Part shown: positions 24,321-35,211 of the stretch, one piece after another | Layout of the letters: every line of letters starts with the position of its first letter | Numbering within the stretch: the first letter of the stretch is position 1 | Made by a program: the position numbers and the translations under genes | The notes under the pieces: generated by a model | What the model was told of the DNA's origin: nothing | Seen by the model: the letters and a program-made list of their open reading frames with translations, nothing else | Databases searched by the model: none | Assembly: GCA_043228905.1 (NCBI GenBank) | Contig: JBHGNT010000012.1 | Location: 8,804,001 to 8,868,000 of the forward strand | From: Azolla caroliniana | Taxonomy: Eukaryota > Plantae > Polypodiophyta | Length of the DNA stretch: 64,000 nucleotides | Direction of reading: 5' to 3'

Positions 24321-27300
24321 CACAAAACGACTCTTTTTAGGCATAAAGCAATAATACAACCCAACCTTACAAAAAGGTTACAAGGTCACTATATATAGTG
24401 ACAGACTTAGGGCATCTACCATTTATGCTAATTACACAAATGGCCCAAACTTGATCTATACAAAGGGATAGTGTGAATACGTCCATTATACACTTGTATT
24501 CGACACTCCCCCGTAATGGGCGTATACATGGGTTATCTAAGATTACAGGCATAAACCTAGGTTCTCGGACATATCAGTTTTGTTCGAGTCGGCAGGGTCC
24601 GAAGGCAGAAGACCGAACTGGTCGGGTCGGAAGAGTTGAAGCCAATCATTAAGGAACTGATGTCGGTTGTCGGAAACCATCCTGCGATGTGTCCGGCTCT
24701 AACCGGACTGGTTTGTCGTTACGCCCATCTGATGCCGAAGGGACCGAAAGCGGTCTGCCGAAAGACACTTGGTCATTCCATCTGCGACATTGTCGGTTGT
24801 GGATATTTTCTCTAGACTGATTTTCCCTGAAATGACGCAGTCCCGAACGAAGTGATATCGAACGTCGATATGTTTGGAGGCGTTGTGGTGAAACCGGATT
24901 TCTCGACAAGGCAACAGCACCTTGACTGTCGCTATAGACAACTGGGGCCGAGTCATGGTCGACTTGTCGAAACGTGTGCGCCAGCCGACCGAGCCACAAA
25001 GCTTCTTTTGCAGCGTCGGATGCAGCTACATATTCTGCTTCGGTCGTTGAGGTCGCTGTGCACTCCTGAAGTTTCGACTTCCACGAAATTGCTCCATTGC
25101 CGAATTTGAAGCAGTATCCAGTTGTTGATTTCCGACTGTCTATACAGCCGGCGAAGTCCGAGTCGGTGTAACCGACTACGCCTGTAGTTGAGTTCGGACC
25201 GAAAAGAATGCCGTGGTCTTTTGTGCCAGCCAGATATTTGAACACATGCTTGACTGCGTTCCAATGCGATCGGCCAGGATTGTGCATAAATCTGCTAACG
25301 ACTCCTACGGCATGAGAAATATCAGGCCGTGTCGCGACCATCAGGTACATAAGGGAGCCGACTGCCGGTGCATACGGTACCGACTTCATATCTTCCCCCT
25401 CCGGACCGGATGTCGGGAAGTCTCGCTGAGAGAGCCGAAGATTCATGGGGAGCGGGGTTGAAGCAGATTTGGCTGATTGCATGTTGAAGCGTTCCAAGAC
25501 ACGTCCGATATAGTCGGTCTGAGACAAGAAAAGATGTCGTTGATCGCGATGCCGACTAATCTTCATGCCAAGTATGTGTCGTGCCGGACCGAGGTCCTTC
25601 ATGGCAAACTTCAACCGCAGTTGCCGAATGAGATCGGCAAGTTCGCCCGCGTGGCGTCCAGAAATTAGCATGTCGTCCACGTAAATGATGAGGAAGATGG
25701 GTGATCCATCTTGAGCTGTGTTGGTAAAAAAACAATGGTCCTCATCGCTTTTTGAGAAGCCGATCGATTGGATGAAGTCGTCGAACTTCTTGTACCATTG
25801 TCGTGGTGCCTGTTTGAGGCCGTATAGACTCTTCCTGAGTCGGCAGACTAGATGTTCTTGGCCAGTTACCACGAAGCCTTTTGGCTGCTCCATATAAATT
25901 TCCTCTTCAAGATCACCATGGAGGAATGCTGTTTTGACATCTAGCTGAATCAGCTCCAAGTTGTCGGCTGCCACTACGCCGAGTAGAAAACGAAGAGTTG
26001 TCATTTTCACCACTGGTGAAAAAATCTCGTCGAAGTCGACGCCATATTCTTGTCGGAAGCCCTTCGCAACTAATCTGGCCTTGTACTTTGGGGTGGTCGA
26101 ATCAAACGTCTCTTTTAGTCGATAAACCCACTTGCAAGGAAGAGCACGTCGGTTCCTAGGTAATTCGACCAGATCCCAAGTCTTGTTTGCCCGAATGGAG
26201 TGCATTTCCGACTCCATCGCCAGATGCCAGGTGGCGGAATCGACAGATGTCGATGCTTCTTCGTAAGACGTCGGTTCGCCGGCGTCGGTGAAGAAAATTC
26301 CAGGAGAATACCTCTCCGGAGGTTGCGACAGTCTCTCGGATCGTCGAGGTATGATTGGACTGGTCGCATCGGGTATCGAGGTCGGATGGTCCGAAAGCTG
26401 CTGTGCCGAGTCAGAGTTGTCCGAATCGGTAGTGTAAGGTTCAGCTACCCGTGAAGCTGACCGTGTGTTAAGAGCGGGGCCTTCTTGAAGGGTCGGCACA
26501 TCGGAAAATGTTACCCTTCGGACTTCGATCGGTGTTTTGACTGATGGATTCATAGCCGACTCGTTGAACACAACGTCCAAACTTCGGACGATTTGTCTGC
26601 GTTCGGGATCCCAGAGTCGGTATCCCATTTCGCCGTCGGATCCATATCCAAGGAAAATGCATTTCCTGGACCGAGGTGCAAGTTTTCGGCGATCATCTTT
26701 CGGAATAAGGGCGTACGCCTCGCATCCGAAGATCCTCAGCTTGTCATAATTCGGCTTACTGCCGATCCATAGTTCCTGAGGAATTTGAAGTCCTAGAGGT
26801 CTGCTTGGCGACATATTGATTATGTGTACTGCCGTGAGTAGAGCCTCTGCCCAGAAGCCATCCGACAGTCCGGAGTGTTGGAGCATGGAAACTATCCGTT
26901 CTTGGATTGTCCGATTCATGCGTTCTGCAATCCCGTTTTGCTCCGGACTGTGTGGTGCCGTAAATTCACGTCGGATGCCGCGTTGTCGGCAGAATTTGAC
27001 GAATTCTTCTGATTTGAACTCTCCCCCATTGTCGGTCCGAAAGCATTTCAGTTTTCGGTCGGTTTGATTTTCTACCATAGCGAGCCAATCGGAGAAGATC
27101 GAGAAGACACGATCTTTGGTGCGAATTGGATAAGCCCACACCTTTCGAGTCGAATCGTCAATAAAACTGACGAAGTAAGAGGCACCGCCGAGAGACTGAT
27201 GCGGCATTGGGCCACAGACGTCCGAGTGGACCAAATCGAGAGGTCTCGTTTCTCTTGGTGCTGATGTCGGGTGTGATGCGGCTGCTTGTTTGCCATACTG

Positions 27301-29514
27301 GCAATGCTCGCAGAATTGATGGTCGGAGAAGGAGAGTTTGGGGATGTATCCGGCTCTAGATAGATGCGTAATGCCGGCCTTGCTGAGGTGTCCTAATCTT
27401 CTGTGCCATAGTGATGACACAGGAATATCCACCAAAAACAGGTTACCCTCTCTGAGCGTAACATGTAATGGATACAGTGAGTGTATTTTGGGTCCTCTAG
27501 CAAGCAGGAGGTTCCCCCTGTGGAGTGTCCACCCTCCCGAAGAAAAACCGGCACGAATGCCGTCTTCATCTAGTTGTCCGACTGAGATCAATGGCCTTGA
27601 GAGCTCGGGTACATGTCGGACATTGTGAAGTACAAGTGTAGAGCAACCTGCAAGGTTGAGCTCTACTGTGCCGATTCCAATGATGTCACAGTGTTGCGAG
27701 TTACCGACTCGAACTGAGTCGGAGTGACGGATCGTATATTGCCGAAATTGGGATCGATGAGGAGTCACGTGAAATGACGCGCCCGAATCTAAGAGCCATG
27801 TGCTCGATTCTTCAGTCGTGAGCAGAACTTCTGATCCGACTGGATTTTCGATTGATAGTATATTCGGGTCGTTTGGTAGCACATCAGCTGAGAAGCTGAC
27901 GTAATTGATCTCCTCATGCCGGCCACTCTTCTTGTCTGATCTCTGAGACTTGTCGTTCTTGTTCTTGAGTGCGCGGCAGTCGGCTTTGATGTGTCCGGGT
28001 TTCTTGCAATAGTTGCAGATTCGATTATCCCGTGACTGGCTCCGTCTTCGCTGATTGTTCGGCGGCCGTGAGGAATCTCTTCCTCGTATGTTCGATCGGT
28101 CTGTCGAACCTTGTACTACGTAAGCGTCGTCTGTTGAGTCTTTGGCGAAAGACTTTCTCCGAGCTGCTTCGGTCAGGATTGCGCTCGTGACTTCGGAGTA
28201 TTTAACAGCCGTGGTTGACGCGTTGCACACGGTTGTGACGAAAGTTTCCCATGATGAGGGAAGGCTGCTCATGAGTATCATTGCTCTGAGTTCATCCTCG
28301 ATTGCCGTCCCCTGTGACGAGATTTGGGAGCTTATGCTTTCGTACTCATTGAGATGTGCTTGAACCGAATCGGATTCTTTCATCCGCAAGTTGTAGAGGC
28401 GCCGGATCAGAAACATCTTCGTTGCAGCGACCTTCTTTTCGTAGGTGTCCGACAGTGTTTTCCACAGTTCGAATGCTGTCGTACACGATTGCACCGTAAA
28501 GTATACCGATTCCGATAGGTGCATCCGAATCGTGGCGCGAACGATTCTGTCCAGCTTCTGCCACTCAATTGGTTTGTATCCTTCTGGAGGTTCTTCATTT
28601 TCGATGGGATCGATTTGCCCCTTGACTATGAGATAGTCCTGCATTTGCTCCTTCCAGAAGTTGAAGTTCGATCCATCGAACTTTCGTAGACTCATTTCTG
28701 ACGAGCCGGATGTTGATGCCATCAAATTTGGTTTCGGTTGACGAAGCTCGGTTCGGAGTTGACTACGAACCTTGTTGGAGTGCAGCCGGTTGGCTCACCC
28801 GATATCGTTCTAGTCGGATTTGAACCCGAGTCGGTTCGGCTTCGGATATATGTATTGTTGAACTTGCTCGAATTGACTCCGGTAACTTGAGGGACAGAAC
28901 CGACTGGTCTTCCCGAATGTTGCCGAGTCGGAGTGAGCCCGGTTCGCTTCCGAATATATATGCCAAATACCGATTATTGAATCCGATTGTCTGGACCGAT
29001 TCTGCTTCGGGTGACTGCAGCGACGAGAGAGACGGATCCAACTGATCCTCTCGAATGTCGATCAGCCGGATGAAGCACGAATTGGGGTTGTTGTCTTGAG
29101 ACCGATCTGCACCGAGTGGTTACAATGAGCGGCGAGCAGCGTTTGATGACCTCTTCGGATGCCGTTTAACCGAGTGGAGCACGATCGTGTCAATGTTGCA
29201 CAAGGGGATTTCACCTCGAGCGGTTACGATCACAAGAAACAGAGTACAACCGGCTGGCTTACTCCAAGCGAAGATGATCTAACGCGATGAGATGCAAGCC
29301 TCGTTTTTTTTTCTTTTTCTTCTTCTCTCTTCTTCGAATGACGCAGGAAACCGATTGCTGTGCAGGCTGAGACGACGTCCGACAGCGGATTGAAGGACCG
29401 AATACTGTGCAGGCTCTGATACCAGATGTTGGAGACAAGGTCGTCTATGCGGAAGATTAAGAAGCATTCGATTCTGTTCTGTACCTGCGTATGACAGTTT
29501 CTAGGTCGTTGCAC

Positions 29515-29551
<37 letters not shown>

Positions 29552-29735
29552 CACAAAACGACTCTTTTTAGGCATAAAGCAATAATACAACCCAACCTTA
29601 CAAAAAGGTTACAAGGTCACTATATATAGTGACAGACTTAGGGCATCTACCATTTATGCTAATTACACAAATGGCCCAAACTTGATCTATACAAAGGGAT
29701 AGTGTGAATACGTCCATTATACACTTGTATTCGAC
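24196..29735 (-). mobile_element. Young, complete Ty1/Copia LTR retrotransposon (Tnt1/Tork-like)
   Basis: LTRs 24196-24505 and 29427-29735 look identical by eye. TSD GATGG (24191-24195, 29736-29740), tRNA-iMet PBS TGGTATCAGAGC (29413-29424), PPT GGGGGAG (24506-24512). Confidence 0.97.
24699..28725 (-). CDS. Copia gag-pol polyprotein with a 1-nt frameshift near the RNase H C-terminus
   Basis: FDGSNFNFWK, CNYCKKPGHIKADC, WLLDSGAS, DLVHSDVCGP, QLDVKTAFLHG, YVDDMLI, STTEAEY. SKHIDVRYHFVRD lies in a shifted frame from about 24890 and ends at 24699. Confidence 0.93.
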
Positions 29736-30193
29736 GATGGTACATACCTTGAAAGGACAGTATGAGGATATTAAAGGTGAGACAGATGTTGCAGTGTTGC
29801 AACGTCTCGAATTTATTGTCTATTGGAAGAAGACCCCTTTTCTCACAATACAAAATTCAAGACCTAAATGGTGCTTAGCGCCACCAGTATGGTTGTTCCC
29901 ACCACGAATCACATAACTTGGTTAAGGAGTGGTGGAGTGTTGAGGGATGGGACCTAAGGAAGAATGCACCAGATCAATGGTAGCTTGATGGTAGGTCAAT
30001 TTTTTGTAATGTTGTTCATAACTAATGAAAGGATATTTTTCCCGGAAAAAGAAAAGAAAAGAATGTGTATGTATATATGTAATATGTCATTTTTATGTAT
30101 GTATTATGTATATATGTATGTCAGTGACTAATTTAAACCCCTTTTGATGAACTCACATGCTATCATACAAGTTTTGACAGTGAAGCCCCCGGG

Positions 30194-31473
30194 GTCTCAC
30201 CGCTGAAGACGAAGAATCAGGTGTTGGCCGTCTTCAAGGAGTTCCACACAAGAGTGGAAAGAGAAACTGGCCAGAAGCTGAAAGCAGTTTGAGCCGACAA
30301 TGGGGGAGAGTACCTAGGGTAGTTCAAGGAATACTGCCGATCAAAAGGAATCTGCCTCGAGTTTACCGTGTCGAAGACGCCAGAGTTGAACAGAGTGGCC
30401 GAAAGAATGAACCGAACTGTATGTTATGATATGGCTCCGAAGAGATTCGAACCCATTACCTTGTGTTACATGGGCTAAACCCTTGCCATTAAACCATGAA
30501 TTGTAATACAAAAAGTATTAGTTTCATTTATTATTTCTATAGGAAATTCATGTATATTCTAGATTACGCTGAAACATTCTAGAAACTTCAAGAGTAATCT
30601 TGAGAACACTATAAATAGAGGCAAAAGGCATTATTCCGAACCAATTCGGTTCAATGTGAGTTGTTCTTGTATCTTTCTTCTTATAATATAATATACTTCT
30701 TGTTGTCATCATTATCTCTCTCTCTCTCTCCTCTCATGTGGTTCTCACACACTCTTTCCCTTCTTAGTACTAATCCTCATAAGCCTCCTAGTTGTTCTTG
30801 TATCTTTGAACTTCTTATAATATAATATACTTCTTGTTGTCATCATTATATCTCTCTCTCTCTCTCTTTCTCTCTCTCTCCTCTCACATGGTTCTCACAC
30901 ACTCTTTCCCTTTTTAGTACTAATTCTCATTCTTCTCCTCTACCTTCCGTACTAATTCTCCTTGCCTCTAGTACTATCCCTAACACCATAATGAAGAGAG
31001 TCTGGGCACCCTTGGACGAAGACACACCACAGAGAGTATGGACCGGTAAAGACGTGTCTTACCGGCATCTGAAGGTGTTCGGTTGTCTCACTCACGACCA
31101 TTGCCAACTTGGAGTTGGAGAAGAAGATAGTGAACTCCGGGTCGAACGACAGAGATCGATCGAAAGATACAGGGACCCATCCAGCCGGAAGTCGGATGAC
31201 ACTCGATGAACTGGCTGGATTCAAACGAGGAACCGAACTGACCAAAGAAGAATTGGACACCGGAACTAGACAAGGCCCTGAATTGGATTCAGATAAAGAG
31301 CAGACGGAGGAACCGGTGGTCGAGAACCAAGAACGGAGATATCCTCTTAGAGAGAGAAGAACCCCTTGGAGATTTCCGGATGTAGAACGTGTACTGCTGA
31401 CCGACGAGGGGAACCTGGAAAGCTTCAAAGAAGCAAAGAACAACACCCACCACTGCAAGTGATTAAGTGCCAC
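30194..31473 (+). mobile_element. Continuation of the host Copia integrase, interrupted by the solo LTR at 30422-30985
   Basis: PLKTKNQVLAVFKEF...LKAV*ADNGGEY...ERMNRT, then TPQRVWTGKDVSYRHLKVFGC and LLTDEGNLESFKEA. Confidence 0.88.
30422..30985 (+). mobile_element. Solo LTR (TG...CA) containing an antisense tRNA-like module
   Basis: Ends TGTTATGA...CCCTAACA; degenerate 5-bp TSD CTGTA/CCATA; TATAAATAG at about 30610; internal duplication; layout resembles the LTR at 48199. Confidence 0.7.
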
Positions 31474-32200
31474 TGTTACCGATTAGGAACACGGTCTTCA
31501 GTCCATCCTTCGACCTAGACCTCAAGGTGACTGCGTTGCCACGAATGGTACCGTCGTACCGTAATATGTAATGGGATAACTCTCCATATCCTAGTAGCGT
31601 ATAAGAGAGACGGCTACAACCGAACTGCCTAGACAGTGCACTAGTCACAGCATTCGCAGTCACGCCTATGCTTCTTACGATTACAGTGATTACACTACGT
31701 CACCCAGAATCACAGACACATAGTAGACTAACCACATATTTGCACAGGATATAAGAGAAGATAAAACTCTATTAAGATACGCTCTATGCACCAAAATTTA
31801 CACGCTACCTCTATAAGAGGATTTTTGCCCTTTATATACACAGGGTCTTGTTAACTCTTAGGACCGGACAATGGCCTAACACAGGGTGTCTATGGAAGAC
31901 ACTTCACCAAAGGGGTGTTACGGCAAGAGGATTAGACTCAACGATTAATCCGACTTAATTAGGTTACTTAGCAAGATCGTCCTTAATAATCACACAAGTA
32001 AGATATAACAATGAATGCAGAACGGCAATTAACACAGAGAGATAAAAACAGTAAGCTTCATTAATTATCCGCTGCTCATTACATTGTATCCGGGCCTTTA
32101 AATAGGTTTCCGGTTTGTAGTACAAAACGGTGCCATCCGCACCTGTTCGGGATCGGTCCGGATCCGGAACGGCATACCGATTCCGGTCCGTCCGTCCACA
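31474..32200 (-). repeat. LTR-like region at the 3' end of Gypsy element A (internal boundaries unclear)
   Basis: Starts TGTTAC exactly where Copia homology stops; GGGGTGTTAC at 31912-31921; TATA-like motifs on the minus strand. No clear TSD or PPT. Confidence 0.45.
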
Positions 32201-32224
32201 CTAATAGCTTACTTACAACCATTC

Positions 32225-34837
32225 CTAATAATTAAATAACTCCTCCGTTTCCGTCGTTGCTCCCTCTGTCGTAGTGGTCTCCGGTTGACTGGTTCCGGCC
32301 TGACCCTCGGCCGGCGACGGTTCCCCATCACGAAGGTTAACCGTTGCCGCTTCCCGTGCTTTTTCTTCCTGAACCCGGGACCGCTCGTAGCTCTCAAGCT
32401 GGATTTGAGCATCCAGCCTATCATCGTCTAGCTGAGCTACGAGTTGCCGAACCTGCACCTCCTGTTCATCCGCCAGGACTTGGAAGTCTTCAGCCAGCTC
32501 GTCCCGTATGGTGGTGAAATCCTCGAAAGTCAACGTGTAACAATCACCTCCTTCCTTCCGCCGGTTTTCCACGTCTGCCCGTAGCAATTGGAGTTCCGCC
32601 GTATTTTGTGCCCACTTTGTCCACCATCTTACGGAGCTTTCGTCAATCAAGCGTTTTGTCTGATTCAGCCATGCCCGGAGGATGCACTGAATCCGGCTCG
32701 TTCCCATCTGCGATTTGATCTCCGCAGCTTGCCGTTCCTCCTTCAATTGCTTGATGATTATGATGTTCTCTTCCGCTTGCTCCTTGTAATGCGTCAATTG
32801 CCCTTGATATGTGCTTTGTAATTTTTGCAATACTGTTGACGCTCTCTCCCTTTCTTCCTGCTGCTGCCTCTAGAGCTCCATCCGGACCTTCTCCGCCTCG
32901 TCCAACTGTCGCGCCGTCGCGGCCTGATCAACTTCCTGCTGGAGCTCAGCCATCCTTTCCTTATGCTCTGTTTCCAGCCGTTTGTAGTCCCGGTGCAAGT
33001 GCTCAAAATCATCTGTCTTTTGCTTGAGCCGTACGTTGATCTGTCGATGGGCCCAGTCCTCGCGGTCCTTCTGCTGGCGGAGCTCCTCCTTTAGCCGTTC
33101 AATTTCCGTTTCCGCCGTCTTCCGCAGCTTGTCCTTTTCCTACAGCACTTTGTCTTTTTCCTCCCTTAGCCAGTCGTACGCTTGATGGCCTTTTCGGAGG
33201 CTCTCCTCTGCCCGGCGCAGGTTCTCAGCAGTCTTCTTTAATTCTGCTTCGGCCGCTGTCTTCAATTCCCGTTCACGGCTCCTTAGCGCTTCTTGTGCGG
33301 CAAGTTCATCTCTCAATTCCGCAAGCTCCTGGGCTTGCGCCGCATCTCTCTCTGGAACGGTTTCCGTTGCCGGGGTCTTATTAGTATGTACAGGTTGGTC
33401 TGTTTCTTTATTCTGTACACTGACCGGAGTCATTGATGCTTGGATCTATGTTGCCGTTAAGGCCATTTTGGCCATTTCTGCTATGACCTGATCCAAGTCC
33501 TTTTCAAGGCACCGGATTCTGGACCGGGTCGTCTCTAGTTGTTTGGTTGTGACGAGCAACCGTTCGCTTTGTGCTCGTTCTTCCGCCTCAATATACCCCA
33601 CTGCTCCGGCAATCTGTTCGCCTATCCACCGGAGCCACAGGCTACCGGTGCATTGTTGTTGCGCTTGCACGGAGGTTTGACGGATGGGCTCGCTTGTGGG
33701 TGGGTGGTCCTGCCTAATTGCGCCGAGTTGCAATTCCGTTTCTGCCCGTGGACCACCCTGTTGTCCTAGTTCCCCTTGCACTTCTTCTTGGTTGGCCGAG
33801 CGAGGCTGCATTGACATTTCCGGCTCTGGCAGAATGGGACTTGCCGGTGGTGCAGGGGCTTTTGATTCCAGTGCCATGCGCACCGGTTCCGGTTCCTTCC
33901 TTGGCGCGGGAGTCTCAGTATGGGGAGCCGGTGTTCCCTCCGTCTGAGGGTTCGAACGTTTCTCGGCTGCCTCAACGGTCCTTGCCGACGACCGTCGCTA
34001 GAGGTGCTCTGTAGGCTCCTCCTCTATTTCCTCCTCCTGAGTCCCGGCATTGAGTTTCGCCGCCAAGGGGTCCGCTTCTCTATTCACCGGTCGGCGGAGT
34101 GTAATCTTTACGGGCCATACCGGTGGTTCCTCCTGCGCATCCGTTGGCCGCTTCTGGCTGGCGCTCTCCTTTCCCGCCTGTTCTGCGTCCGCGACCTTCC
34201 CCTTAGTGGCCTTAGAGGCCAACAATTGTTGTCTTTTGGAAGCAGTCTTTGGGGTGTCGTCCGCCACTCTTCCCCGCTTCTTGGGCTGGACGGGCTAGAC
34301 GGGTGGCACAAGCAAGGTGAGCCACTGCGTTACTGCGTGTCATATCCTCCGTCCGTCTCGGCCTTCTTTGCCATCGTTTCCTCTGACGATCTCGATCGCC
34401 GCACACAAACCGTCTGCGATCAATACCGGTCAATCCACCTTGATCCCTTCATAGGTGGCGATGATCATCCCTGCCCGGTTCTGCGGCATGACAGGGGGTC
34501 TAGGGTACACATGGCCGTATTCGTGGAGCACACGGGCAATCTCGTGGAACAGCATATCTCCGCCGCCCTGTGTCCGGTAGCCCTTGCTGGCTAGGGAGTA
34601 CTCACCAAAATACTTGATGAGTTGCTCCGAGGTCGGATTGTCGATCGTGAATATGCCTCCCTCCGGAAGGCCTGTTAACGCACGGATCACCTCATCCGTT
34701 ATGACCTCTGTGTCGATTTCTTTCATCACCTTGTCGGCTTCTTTGTGTGGCAGTGCCTCCATAATCATCAAGAAGCCCTCGAGCCCGTGTTGCTTTAGCC
34801 ATTTCTTGGCGGCTTCTAACAACGTTTGCGGGTCCAT
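32225..34837 (-). pseudogene. Extra ORF downstream of pol in Gypsy element A (coiled-coil, env-position ORF), fragmented
   Basis: Collinear sense-strand pieces 34430-34837, 33998-34267, 33446-33883, 33140-33433 and 32225-32830; E/K/Q/A-rich heptad-like C-terminal half. Confidence 0.7.
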
Positions 34838-35211
34838 GTCTGTGTGGAGGTCGGATTGTGGTGGCGAGGTTGGATGGTGATGAGAGTGAGAGTGAGAGAG
34901 AGGGAGTTCAGAAAGCGGGGGTTCTCTGTGCGTAGGTTCTCTTCTGGTGATCTTCCAACGCCTTGGTGCTTATGTGCTCCTAGGTTCGCGAAAGTATAAG
35001 GTCTCCATGCACTGTGGTTTTTCTCTGTGCATTCTGGCACCTTTTTCTAGCGTGTGCACGTCGTGTCCTAAAATAGCATTATGTCCTGTGGTGGCGCTTA
35101 AATGCCCACTACATACCTTTTCGCTCCTCGCTCTCTCGTCCATTCATACCTCGCTTTTGCATGATTACTTCGCTTTCTTTTTTTTTCTTTTTTTTTTAAT
35201 GTAGTGTGAGG

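Larger units (their letters stand above)
20026..29916 (+). pseudogene. LINE ORF2 (APE endonuclease, RT, zf-RVT), split by the Copia at 24196-29735
   Basis: LTWNVQGL, FQEHH, NIYAPN, GDFN, SDHAPV; RPITLLN, LDFEKAYDRV, RQGCPLAP, FADDT; C-x2-C...ETLKHCLWEC. Frameshift at about 20482 and stop at 23349; the frame resumes at 29737 (MVHTLKGQY). Confidence 0.92.
18253..30058 (+). mobile_element. Full-length L1-clade LINE interrupted by a Copia
   Basis: 17-bp TSD AAGAATGTGTATGTATA (18236-18252, 30059-30075), ORF1 plus ORF2, and a 3' (GAAAA)n tail at about 30045-30058. Confidence 0.93.
731..30193. mobile_element. Large TIR DNA element, apparently non-autonomous (about 6.1 kb after removing nested inserts), superfamily unassigned
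   Basis: Perfect 13-bp TIRs CCCGGGGGCTTCA (731-743) and TGAAGCCCCCGGG (30181-30193), flanked by the duplication GTCTCACC (723-730, 30194-30201). Removing it restores the Copia integrase codons tgg gtc tca ccg ctg aag acg aag. Confidence 0.88.

Noticed and set aside
24852-28636. Plus-strand ORFs over the young Copia, and similar antisense ORFs over the LINE and Gypsy regions
   Set aside because: They are shadows of the real coding strand and carry no motifs.
31474-31922. Independent solo LTR
   Set aside because: The flanks GCCAC and GCAAG do not form a convincing TSD, so the boundaries are left unresolved.
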